Made by a program: the position numbers and the translations under genes
The notes under the pieces: generated by a model
Seen by the model: the letters and a program-made list of their open reading frames with translations, nothing else
What the model was told of the DNA's origin: nothing
The model's database searches: none
NCBI RefSeq assembly: GCF_964355755.1
Contig: NC_092676.1
Span: 10,703,888 to 10,767,887 of the forward strand
Length of the DNA: 64,000 nucleotides
Direction: 5' to 3'
Source: Antedon mediterranea
Taxonomy: Eukaryota; Animalia; Echinodermata
Shown here: one piece after another, positions 38,111-50,950 of the stretch
Layout: the number at the start of each line of letters is the position of its first letter
Position numbering within the stretch: position 1 is the first letter of the stretch

Positions 38111-41100
38111 CAAAGATAGACTTCGTGGCGCTATAGATCTTTACCAAAGAATATATATCACAAGAATGAGTAATCCGCGATTTTAATATTTAATTGTTCG
38201 TTGTATGCAATTTATTTAGTAAAAACTGCCGTATAAACAGTTCGCTTTATCAACCGGGCGCTACGATAGCGTGACCGGGCGTGTTGGTGTTTAGTTTAGT
38301 TTAGTTTAGTTATAATGGGAAAATTTAGGCGAATGCCTTTTTAACCCCATATCAACTACATTGTGTCGATGCGATTCTTGAAGGTGTTAGTGGTCTCAGA
38401 ATTAACAACGTCAGCTGGTAAACTGTTCCAATGGTTTATTACTCGTTGCGAGAAGGTATGTCTTCTACAGTTCAATCCTTTATGGAAAATAGGCTTGAAA
38501 AATCTCAGGTGATGTCCTCAAGTAATTCGGCTAATTTTACTTCTCATTTGGAAAAAGTCATCCTTGGCTACACCCTCGAAATCTTTAACAATTTTATATG
38601 CTTCAATCAGGTCACCTCGAATTCTTCTGTCGTACAAGGTTGTTAGGCCAAGAAGCTTTAGTCGATCTTCATAATTATGAATATGAACGGATACATGGAA
38701 CTAATTTAGTCGCACGACGTTGTACTCTTTCAATTACATTTATGTCCTTTTGAAGATACGGATTCCATACTTGAACACAACATTCGAGATGTGGGCGTAC
38801 ATAATGCTTTTAGATGACGTTAAAACAATCCTTATCCATAATAATATACGAAAGTCCTTCTGATGCTTCTTAAACAGTTCATGGCCCGCTGAGATACTTT
38901 GGCGCAGTGTTGGCTTGGTTTACAGTCATTAGTAATTAGTACTCCTAGGTTCTTTATTTTCTCAACTGTTTCCAGTTCAACTTCATCTATTTGGTATTTA
39001 AAATGAACATTTGAATGTCCGAAGTGCATCACCCTACATTTGCTTTTATTAAAAGCTAACATCCATTCTTTACTCCACTGCAGTGCATTGTTTAAAGATT
39101 CTTGTAATAATTGTCCATCATTTCTTTACGCGTTTTCACGAAGGATAGTTTAATAATATTCCTATATTTAACTTGTTTCTGGTAAAACAAATAAATGTTA
39201 ATGAAATTTAACATTTTATCCTATTAATAACATGTATTTTATACTAATTTGTATCATAAAAACAATACTTAATTTACCGGGCGTAGGGTAGTACGCGGCA
39301 ATGGTAAAGAATAGGCCGTGCTGACTACAAGAAGCCCAATTGGCATGTCGCTGTAGGCCTAGTCCCTCTTTTTACATTATACAAATAATAATAATAATAA
39401 TAATACTTAATAAAACAAATTGTGATCTTGATTATTTCATGCTTTCCGTCTCATGGTAAATATTTGCTTTCTGTCTCATGGTTATTTTATTTCGTTTAAT
39501 TTAACTAACCGTTACATACATTACAGTATATTAACGCATGAAATAATTCATTATTAGGCTAGGACATTATGATTAGTTATAATAACAGTGAAATTACACT
39601 ATTTTTATTGTTCTATGATTAGTTATAATAACAGTGAAATTACACTATTTTTATTGTTCCCTGGTTATATTACTTATCCGTTGAGTAGCCCTAACGAACA
39701 ATTTTTAATTGAATCTTATAAATACTTACAGTAATATTTATGAAATTCAACCGTTAGTTAGTTAGTGGTTTTAGGTTAGGCTTAAGTATTTGATTTTAGG
39801 CCCTAACCAATTTGAAAATCAATTAGCATGCACGTAGACGTCCTATAATTACGTAAACGTTAATTATGATAAAGCAAAAACTCACTAGACAATTATTAAT
39901 TTACAGACACTGATCGACAGCTAGATGGAATTGATGCAATAATGATGGCCCAATCATCATCATCATCATCATCGCATGTTGCCGATCAAGAAGACAACGA
40001 TGCCACCACTGACGACGACTGCTGCTTAGAAGACTTTGAGATGACTCCGCTAAATACTTTAGAATATGTAGCCGGTTACGTCGTCAAGAAAGCAAGTGTA
40101 AAGCACAATTGGGATATCTGTAACAGTGCGATGCGAGAAATCAATCGAAAACTGGAAGACCTAAAGCAGCTAGTTCCTAACACATTTTATGAAGTTGAAT
40201 GTTTGTTCACCAGCAATTGAAACATTGCTAATTGAAACGTACGTAAACCTACGCATATTCTATGCTGTTAAATTCTTCAACAGAGACATAATCAGTGATA
40301 AGAAGAAGAGTGAAAAATTAATTAAAGTATCACATTTATGAGGTATGCCATAAAGTTGTAGGAGGTCTGTACGCGCCTCGGTCTGTGCATTATCGGCTAG
40401 AAATGATGATCATTACGACGGTCTGGTATGATGATTGAATAATTGTAAATATGATGATTTTATTTCAATGTTTCTACATTTTTTATATTTCCTCTGGGTG
40501 GCCCGTGCATCATTTTGCAATAGTTATTGAGTTAATTTTAAACTGAGACTACTATAACATAACTAATTGCTATCTCAGGTTTTAAATAAATTATAATAAC
40601 AAATGATCAATGTCATGGCGAATGATGGGTACACAATGCAGTAGTCCTAGTATGAATTGTACCAGAATTGACTATCATAATCTGTTTCATGTCATGACTG
40701 TAGGCTTAAGCCTATGATTGTTTATAAATATATTCCTAAAAATTACTGCAATAAAAATAATAGTCGAAGTAGTGATTTTCAAAAAGTGACTTCTTGTTCT
40801 TTTTTAATTGTTTATAACACACTATTTGACAACTATATTTTCCTAATCTGTACTGTTTTGCTGCTGGATGAAAAGGAAGAACATATCAAGAACAAAACGG
40901 AATACGATGCGCTTAGTATTGTTAATACCAGAGGGATAAGTATAAAGCATAAATAAGTAGTAGTGATGTGAGTGATGATTACTCCTATATGATGATTTTG
41001 AGGATGATGATAAACATTCAATAATAACAACAATATTCAGTAATTAAAACAAATAGAGATATACAAAGTACAGGAAATAATTTATTATAATTTAATCGCA

Positions 41101-41281
41101 CATTACCGCAATTATTGTGATGAAAAAAATGGAGTATTCAGTTACAATACAGTAGACATACCTGATCCATAAATCTACTCGTTTGAGCGAGAGGGCGCCC
41201 TATAAAATGAGCTCCATGTGCGTTACATAAATCTCACGTAAAATTCCGAGAGTGTCCTATCTTTAGTATATAAGATCTTTG
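38111..41281 (+). mobile_element. Decayed P-element with a transposase C-terminal remnant (about 39940-40341)
   Basis: CAAAGAT...ATCTTTG termini; 7-bp TSD ctactac at 38104-38110 and 41282-41288; acidic tract plus LEYVAGYVVKK..C and RIFYAVKFFN..KKSEKLIKVSHL*, resembling P/THAP9 transposase C-termini. Confidence 0.8.
38290..39124 (-). mobile_element. 5'-truncated CR1-type LINE with (CTAAA)n tail, inserted in an inverted P-like MITE
   Basis: FNKSKCRVMHFG..KNLGVLI, YVRPHLE and QVWNPY motifs; gtttagtttagtttag tail; MITE sequence resumes on both sides. Confidence 0.85.
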
Positions 41282-42053
41282 CTACTACTGTACAAACAAT
41301 AACAATAACTTTATTGAACATACGCCTTTAAATCGGCGGCACACGTTCTTCTGGACGGTGCGTTCTTACATACATTACATACATTAAGTTAGCCAGAAGG
41401 CTAAATAAAAGTATAAAGAGAAAATAAAAGAAAAAACATTTAAATGAAAGGAAACGAATTGTATAAAAAGAAACTAAAGAGCAAAAAGTACAATACTTAC
41501 TATTATTTATTATTAGTATTATTATCAATGTTATTAATATGTTAATTTTAAAGAAAATATTATTAGACCTATTATTAAAAATGTCATTTAATTTAAATAT
41601 TATATTGTTTATTATTATTTAATTATTTATGTTCTTGTTAATACTGTATATCATTTAATTATGTTATGAATTATGATCTTTATTTGTTATTTAGTTAAAG
41701 TGGTATTATTTTTATTATTATTTCGATTTTCCTAATTTTAATATTTAATCTTATTTTTAGTGTTTTATTAACCATTTTACCTCCTGATTTAATTGTGTTT
41801 TTAAAGTTTTGTAAATATAAATTTAAAGTCTCCATGCAGCAGTTAAGTGTTGTTTACAATGATGATACAAAATACAGATATAAATAAAAGGCCTAAAATG
41901 AACAGAAATTACATTTGCAAAATTAACAAATTACATTATAAAGTTAAACATAAAATCAACTGATACAGTAAAAAAAAAAACAACAACATCAGAAATTTAC
42001 ACTATACAAGTCTTACTCTGCAATACAGAATGGAAATCGGGTACAATCTCTAG

Positions 42054-42258
42054 ATCTATTTATCAAGTATTAGATGGGTTTCTTTACTGAACACATGATA
42101 GTCACTTCCAAGTGTTAGGTGTATTTTATTTTTTAATTTCGGAGCGCTTTTTCCATGCTCTTTTGGCATATATTTTGCAAAATTTATCAAGTATTAGATG
42201 GGTTTCTTTACTGAACACATGATAGTCACTTCCAAGTGTTAGGTGTATTTTATTTTAT
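42054..42258. repeat. Local direct duplication (~75 bp, 125-bp spacing)
   Basis: atttatcaagtattagatgggtttctttactgaacacatgatagtcacttccaagtgttaggtgtattttatttt occurs twice. Confidence 0.9.
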
Positions 42259-42264
42259 TTCTAG

Positions 42265-42324
42265 CAAAGATTGTATAGCCAGAACCATTATGGCTCTGTG
42301 TATAGCGCCGCTATATAATCTTTG
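42265..42324. mobile_element. Nested P-element-like excision footprints
   Basis: A 33-bp palindrome caaagattgtatagcg-c-cgctatataatctttg is interrupted by the 19-bp cagaaccattatggctctg with 8-bp TSD tgtatagc. Confidence 0.65.
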
Positions 42325-42506
42325 CTACTCGCTCGTCGTCGAGAAGTACATTCGTCATTAGTAAGTAGTAGGGGAGACAAAAATACAGAACAGAACAGAT
42401 ATATATCATTCAAATTTGTTTTCAGTATGCTGTAATTTCAGTAATTTAGGTTACAGGTGTTATTATTATTATTATTTTTTTCATGTAAAACTAAGGAAGT
42501 CCTCTT

Positions 42507-42826
42507 TTGGCTAGCCTACCTAGGCTAGGGCCTAGGCCTAGCTAGCTAGACTCTACCTAGGCCTACTAGGTAGGCCTAGGCCTAGCCTAGCTAGCTAGCT
42601 AGCCTAGGCCTAGTTAGCTAGGCCTAGCCTAGCCTATAATATATAGCTAGGGTAGGGCCTAGGAGGCTAGCCTAGCTAGCTAGTCTAGCTAGAGGCCTAC
42701 CTTTCCTAGCGTGCCTAGCCCTAGCTGGTAGTAGCTAGTAGGACCAAGTCTAGCTATAGCCTAGTTTTAGTAGGTAGAGGCCTACTCTCTAGCTAGTAGG
42801 CCTAGGCCCTCTCTCCTACTAGCTAG
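42507..42826. repeat. Low-complexity CTAG/AGGCCT/AGCT palindromic tract in TAF12 intron 1
   Basis: About 320 bp made almost wholly of ctag, ggcc, agct and tagg words. Confidence 0.9.
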
Positions 42827-43384
42827 GTGTCAGATGAAAGCGTTTGCGCTTGAAATCGGTCGCGATAATAAAATTAAAATCAACATCTGGTATTTTGTAT
42901 GAAGAAGGGGCCGCTAGATACGCTTTTTATCATATTTGGCATAGGCCTAGTTACTTTTGAATCTGTCACGTGACAGGCTGTCACAGTGTATGGATCAACA
43001 GTTTTATATTTATTTTACCACGTCCATGTCATAATTGAGGCTGTTGAAAAATTTTAACTATTCGATATGAAGGAACAACATTCGAAACAACCAACAAATT
43101 TATAAACAGATGTGTTGTTCATGTTAGCCACTACACTACGGCTGACATTGGTACACAGAAGACCTTATCCAAATCCTTAATTTGAGGATGAATACAAAAA
43201 TGTCATCATTCAAGTCTTGGCAATGTTTGTTTTTAAAAAAAATTCTCAAGCCCAGCAGTGCTTCACCAATGTTTCTCGGCCCAAATCTGGGCATCGAAAT
43301 TATTTTTCCCTAATTTTCTAATAATAAATGTTTAGTACTACCTTATTTTACAGATATTTTAATAGCATTTCTTTGGTTATCATA

Positions 43385-46300
43385 ATGGCAAACCAACAAC
43401 CACAACTTTCTCTAACACAAGCTATAGGTAGTCCAGTTATAAGACCTGCACAAGCGCCACGTAAAACACTACTGGAAACAATCAAAGAGATTGAAAAACA
43501 GATTGAGGTAAATACAGTGATGTGTGTGTGTCATGTATACTTTCGCTCTTTTTTCTGTTTCTTCCTCCTTTGTATGTTTATTCTTTTTACTTCTCTTTTT
43601 TTTGTCCACTAAGACAATTTTAATGGGTCTGTTAGTTTCATCATCCTTTTACTATTCCTACTATTTTAATTTGTTATTGAACCATGTTTCATAAGGGTAG
43701 CCCATCCAGCAAAGCTGATCATTGTGGCCCTCGACAATACAATACAAACAATACAATACAAACAATACAAAAATACATTATCATAAAAAATTAATTATAA
43801 ACTAGACATGAAACTCGTCACTTTGACGAGTTAGTTATCCGCACGACAGATGCCACGTGCACGAAAATACAGGACCACCTCTTATTATAGTTTTTAACGT
43901 ATTATAATTATACAGTACACTGTGTATAAAAGGAGACATTAATTCTACATGATACAGAGGGCGGCAAACAACAATTTGCTCACATCAGAGACTATGCTGG
44001 TGTACATTGTACTACTGTATATTATATGACATATTAACTGAATTATGGGACCTGCCTTTAATTCAAATATTTAACATGACGACGTCATAAAAAAAACAAC
44101 ACAACGATAGCAATTTCTGAAGAAAATTATCTTAGCAACAACATATTAACGTGTAGAAGAAATTTGAATACGTAAAATGTTGGTGCGCGCACATTTAAAT
44201 GTGATGAACTATTACGCAAAATATGAAAATACGACTTTTTTTATTCAACTGGCAATATGATGACGTCACAACATCCGATTGGCAAAATGTTTACATGAAT
44301 TCGTATCTACAATCCTATAGCTTCCAGAAAATGTGATAATCACCAGAAAATGTTTTAATCGTGATTATCACATTTTATTCTTACGAGCTATTACAGATTA
44401 AAATTTACTGTAAAGATGAAATTAATGACCCACGTAATTAAAATTTTTAGGCATGATGACGTTATAAAAATTTAAATATTTTTATCTCATGCTAAAGAAA
44501 GTTGATTGACCTAGACAATATATAAATATAGGAGAAAAAGGAATACAGATAAGCGTGATGCGCTCCATTGAATGTGATGAGCAATAACGAAACAGACAAA
44601 AATCCTATATTTTACATTCGTGTGGCCATACGATTACGTCACAATGTTTTTTTAGCCTTATTGATGCATGATCCGACATCTGCAACTCATCAACTTCTAG
44701 ATTTTGTAATAAAAATAAACGGTTCACGGTTTACTTTAGAAACTATGACTGTTTAAAAAAAGACATTATTTTGATGATTTTTTAAGCTTTTTCATAAAAA
44801 ACGCGCACAAATTGTCTAATTCAACGTGTTCGTATGGCGTTATTTAAACTGGAAAAGTTCTAAATTGTTTTCAAAATTACTAGGAAAGGCTTGAAAAATA
44901 TAATTCAAGAGAAAAAAATATGTTTTTTCGCTACGTGCGCACCGCGTGCGTAAAAAATTGCGCGCCCGTGGGAATTTTTGACATGCTCAAAATGACATGA
45001 AACGCGTAAAAAGTTGATTAGAAATTAATTTTGCGCATTTTGAAATTTTAAATGCGCGTGCGCGCGTAACTTCTTGTGAAACATGCCATTTTTAATCCGT
45101 AGAAAGTTTGCCCCTGATATGACTTAAATTTTGTCAAAGTGTCAATACTAAATGACTTTTGGTTTTTAATCTATGATCAATCATTGAAATTCATAAAATT
45201 GCGCGTAAGTCACGTTGCGCAACTATGACGTCATTCAAAAATAGGAGGTGCACAACTTCACGTAAATGCCCATATGTTGTCAAAATTATGAAATGTTATG
45301 TTTACACATTTTAGAGAAACGCGACTCACAAAAAGGAAGGAAGGAAAGAAGAATAATACAGAAAAACTAGATTTGAACTCGTCACTTTGACGAGTTCGGG
45401 TTATCCGCGCAAACGCAACATGCACATACTTTAAACTATATAAACTTCGACAATTATTATACCATCCTATGACATGAATTAAGAATGTTTACAGTGCTGA
45501 ATTGTACCTATTTTGTAGCATACAGCATATTACAGTGTTTACAGAATACACTGTATGTTATATACAGTGTAGAATAGACGAAATTACGAGACCCATCTTT
45601 TAAATCCAATTATTAACACAATGACGTTATCAAATTGGCATATAAAGATAACAATTTTAGAAGATAATTATCTAAATAATTACATTAATACAAATTTTAA
45701 GAATTTTGGGCACGTGAAAGTGAGATGCGCTCTCGTTTAAACGCAATGAACTTTTACGCAAGAGATGAAATATGACTTTTTGAATTTAACTGGCCATATG
45801 ATGACATCACAACATCTGATTGGCAAAATATTCACATGAATTCGTATCTACAATCCAATAGCTTCCAGAAAACGTTTTAATCATGATTATCACTTATAAT
45901 TCTGACGAGCTATAACCGATTGAAATTTACTGTAAAGATAAAAATAAGTGACCCACATTATTTACATTTTTAGACATGATGACGTCATAAAAATTAAAAT
46001 ATTTTTAACTCATGCGAAAGATAGTTGATTGACCTAGACAGTATTAAAATATATGAGGAAATGGAATACGTATAAGCGATATGCGCTCTATTTAATGTAA
46101 TGAGCAATAACGAAACAGTCAAAAATCCAATATTTTACATTCGTGTGGCCATACGATGACGTCATAACATCCGAGGGGTAAAGATTCTGCATGAATTCAT
46201 ATCTACAACATATCTGCTTATATATTAAATTTAAAAAATTGGGGGTAACGGTTGATCCTGAGGAGCTATAATAGATTCAAAGTAGGCATAAATTTGACAT

Positions 46301-49300
46301 TATTTTGTAACTTTTTCAACAAAAATGCGCGCAAATTGTCTAAATCAACGTGTTCGTATGACGTCATTTTAATTTGAAATGATGTCAATCTTTTTTAAAA
46401 TGACTAGGAAAGGCTGGAAAATCATAATTCAAGAGAAAAAACATGATTTTCATGCTCCGTGCGCACCATACGCGTAAATTTGTTTGCGCGCGCGGGAATT
46501 TTTGACATGCTCAAAATGTCATGATCAGCGTAGAAAGTTGATTAGAAATTAATTTTGCGCATTTTGAAACTTTAAATGCGCGTGCGCGCTTAACTTCTTG
46601 TGAAACATGTCATTTTTAATCCATAGAAAGTTTGCCCTTGATATGACTTAAATTTTCACTAAGTGTCAAAACAAAATGACTTTTGGTTTATAATCTATGA
46701 CCAATCATTGAAATTCATAAAATCGCGCGTAAGTCACGTTGCGCAACTCTGACGTCATTCAAAATATGGAGGTGCACAACTTCAGGTAAATGTCCATATG
46801 ATGAAAAAGTTATATATATGATATAGTAACAAGCAATAGGGGATATGCTGCGCACAAAAATCCGGGAAAGAAAGAAGAATAAAGATGAAAAAAAAAAAGA
46901 TTTTTACAATAACAAGGGGTTATCCGCAACTTAAAGTTGCGGATAACCAAAAATGTTGATCTCATACAATAACAAGGAGTTATCCGCTTGGTATACCAAG
47001 CGGATAAATAAAAACTACTATAAATATAAAAATTGTGATAACATTTTCAGATTTCGTAAAATTCAATAAATCAAATATTAAAACATAATACAGGTACAAG
47101 AATTCAATATAATACACAGAGGTTTAACATGATAAAGTACTGTACTTTTTTAAATACAAGCACAATTCAAAAAGAGAGACAGGTCAGAAAACTAGTTACT
47201 ACTTTATTTAGGATTTGAATCTAATAAGATTTAAAATTTGTCTTAAAATTTCCTACAGTAGATTTCCGAATAAAGGACGGGAGATATTAAGTAAGGTTGA
47301 GCTCTATATACAAAGCTACGTTTTTAAGTTCAGTCTTAGGACGAGGAACATCAAATAAACTAGAGTGGATTTAAGTTTTATTAATTAAGTTGTTGCCTTT
47401 AAATAGATCTTGGAAAGTGGTCCGATTTCAGGAAAGCAGGAACAAGATTTAATAAAGTTGAAAGAATTACACAGACGGGCACTTGGAGAACAGGAAAAGG
47501 TAACAATTGAATGCACTAAAAGTTTTTACTATACCTAATTTAAGCTAAATTCAACTTTAGTAAATCCATGCAATCCTTAGCTTCAAAATTGTTTCATTGC
47601 ATAGGAATATTTTTTTTCTCTATTCTGTGGTTTACCACCACTTTTATTTTATTTATTCAGATAAATAATAACTATGAAATAAAAATTATTATTCTACTCA
47701 CAAATATTTGTTTGAATATTTCTATTTTTAGTTGCAAAATCAATGGAAAGTTTCACAGCAGGGTTCTGTAAAACCTATTCAAGTGGTGGCAACATCAAGT
47801 CAACCAGTTGCAGCATCCATGGGCATACCGACAAGCCAATTACCTGTTAATTCAGTGTCTGCAGGCAGCATTGGTGGTACACCACCATCTATTAAGGCGA
47901 GTCCTGTAGTGTCAGGGCATTCAATGGGAGTTAGTGAAGCACAGGTAAATAATTCATTTAAAGTTTAATGTCTGACAGTTGACAAAAAAAACTACCAATT
48001 AAGGATTTACTAGACCCCTAGTCCTTGGCAACGGCTGTTTCACCAAAGATTGTATAGGTAACTGCGTGAGACATTTGTAATCTATGGACGCTATTCCGGC
48101 TGACAAATTTGAACCGGAATAAGTTGTTGTCAAGGCAATATCATACAATGTTTTGATCAAAAAACGAAGTTGTATAACCAAGCATGTCAATGTAAACACA
48201 CATAATTAATCAAAAAGTGTCCAGATCCAAAAGAATCTTTTATTTTACTTTGTTTACATAATTTTTTCCCTTTTCCATGAATCAACCCTCAAGATGGTTA
48301 ATTACGGATACTTCGATGCGAACCGCAAAATTTAAACCATTTCCATTATAAATCAAAATAGAAGGCGCTATAACCTATGTTCATGTGTCCCCCCCTGAAT
48401 GGCGTCTATAGATTTTACAAGGTGCGTAGTGTTATAAGATAGGAGCTTGGAAACAGTTATCTATGTTGTGCCGCTATCTTTGCTTTTACTAGATTTAGTA
48501 GATTAGCAAACAGAAAGCACTAATTTTTAATTTTGCCTGATTTTCTATTTTATTGACGTCCTACTACTATTTGATGGTGTAGTGATTCTTGTATCTGGTT
48601 GGCTACTACAAAAAAAGGTTACAGCTCACATTACAGTGTCATGTTGTAGATCACCATTGATAAAATCTGCACATTTGATTGATGGATCGACTTTTTAAGT
48701 TTTAATGTAATTAAAATTTATTTTAAAAATCAATTTTGACAAACCAAAATTAGTTACTAACCTGACTGACAGTTTCAGTTGTCATTTCACGAGCATTTTC
48801 TTCAGAGTGACGACCATATTATTAAAGGAAAGGAACACCATGGGCTAAATGTGCCACTGTGCTTATAGATAAATGTAATAAAAACATGATTACCATGGTT
48901 CAAGGTACAATAGTAAGCAATTTACGGTAGTTAAAAAATAGACTTTTAAACGACAACATGACGCAAATTGAACAGCGCCATTTTGACAGGTTAAGAGCAA
49001 TTATGTGTCGCATTCAAGCAAATCAAAACGTTCATCGTCTTTAGTACAGTATTTTAATACGGTAGTGCGGGATAGGATAACCATAAATAAAATCAATTAA
49101 ATAGCCTAACATACCTAATATTTTCGGAATATGGCTTGGAGTTTTTATAATGCGGAAAATTTGGAACCAGAATATACAGAAAGAGAGTTAGTTTGCGTCG
49201 TGAGGAAAAAAGACAACATTCTTCTCTTTCGTTGTCCTTGTTGTCGCTGCGGTACCGCTACTACTACTACAAGAATTACTAGGCCTAGAACTCGTGTTGA

Positions 49301-50907
49301 ACGAAAATAAAGTAGGCACTGCATCGTCAACCAACAACCTCCGCTTGGAAGGTTTGCCAGTTAATTCCCCTAGCAATAAAAGTAACAATAGATTAACAAT
49401 AGCTGAGAGATTTACGAAATGGCTTGCAGAAGAAAAGATCGATCGAAGGTTTGTTTACCAAGCCAGTGCATGCTCATACCGTGTCATCGCCGTCCTGCAT
49501 GACCGCATGTCGCGTTATTAGCCAATCATATTAGCGGATTCGCTTAACCAATAGAACGGTATTTGACGTCACAACTACCATGAGAACAAGATGGCAATTT
49601 TCAAAAGTCTTGAAAACAACTTTAATACCCTGTTTACTAGAAAACTACAAATCCGATTTAAACATAAATTGTTCTGAATATTTAGTTGGTAGGGTTACTT
49701 TTATAATAGTTAAGTAAAATATTAGGGTGTCCCTTTCCTTTAGCGTTATTGGTTATTGGCTTAACAATATGGTCGTCACTGAAGAAAGTGCTCATGAAAT
49801 GAGCACTGAAACTGTCAGTTTTGGTTTGTCAAAATAAATATTTTAAATATTGTATGCATGTACTATAATTTCTTTATTCTTTATATCAAACCAACAGTGT
49901 AAAACACCAATAACAGGTTGAAAATAAAGCTAAACTATAAAATATGAACCAATATAAATATATACAAATGAAAAAGAAAATTTAAATAATTTCATTAATA
50001 ATACATTTAAATTGAGAAAAATTACAGTTAAAAATATCTAAAGAATTATTTTTTAAAATACAAGAATTGTACAATGACGAGAGTCTACAGAAAATACCAT
50101 TTTTACAAACATTGACACGAGAAAATTTAACATGAAGAAAGGGTTTACTACGAAGATTACGAACAGGAACATTAAAATAAAACAACGAAACAAGATCACA
50201 ATCAAACTTAGAAGTAAGACATTTATACAGGAATTGCAAGTCCTGTCTTGCTCTCCTAGATGTCGGGGAAACAATAGGAGGCAGGTTGGCTGCTGGGCCG
50301 ACAAAGCGCAAGAACTTGTTATGGGTCCGATCAATTCTGGAGGCTTGAGAAGCAGAGAGTGAATTGTAAATAATTGAACAGAAATTAAAAGATGGTTGGA
50401 CGAGGGAAAGATAAAGCGCACGTTTGGTGTATGGAGAAAAATGTTTGCAATTGCGCCACATCAGCCCAAGCAGCCTATTGGCCTTTCTGACAACATGATC
50501 AACGTGTAAAATAAATGTCAGTTTACGGTCGATGAAAATGCCGAGGTCCCGGTAAGAGTTTACACTTTCAAGGACTTCTTCTTGAACTGAGTAAGCGAAA
50601 ATAATAGGTTTTTTCTTAAGAGAGCAAGACAGGACTTTGCATTTCTCGGACTTCAGGGACATTTTCCAGTCGGAAACCCACGTACCGAGTCTTTCCAGAT
50701 CTGCCTGAAGTGCAACGGAGTCCTCAGTAGTGGTAATAATTTTGTAAATCTTGAGGTCGTCAGCAAACATAAGACAGTTGGAATTTTGAAAGAGATTTGG
50801 TATTTCATTAACAAATATTAGGTTAGGTGAATTAACACAGCTTGGTAAATATAAGTAAAAATTGCACACAACAAGGAACAACAACATTAACCTTTCAGCC
50901 ATCTTGA

Positions 50908-50950
<43 letters not shown>

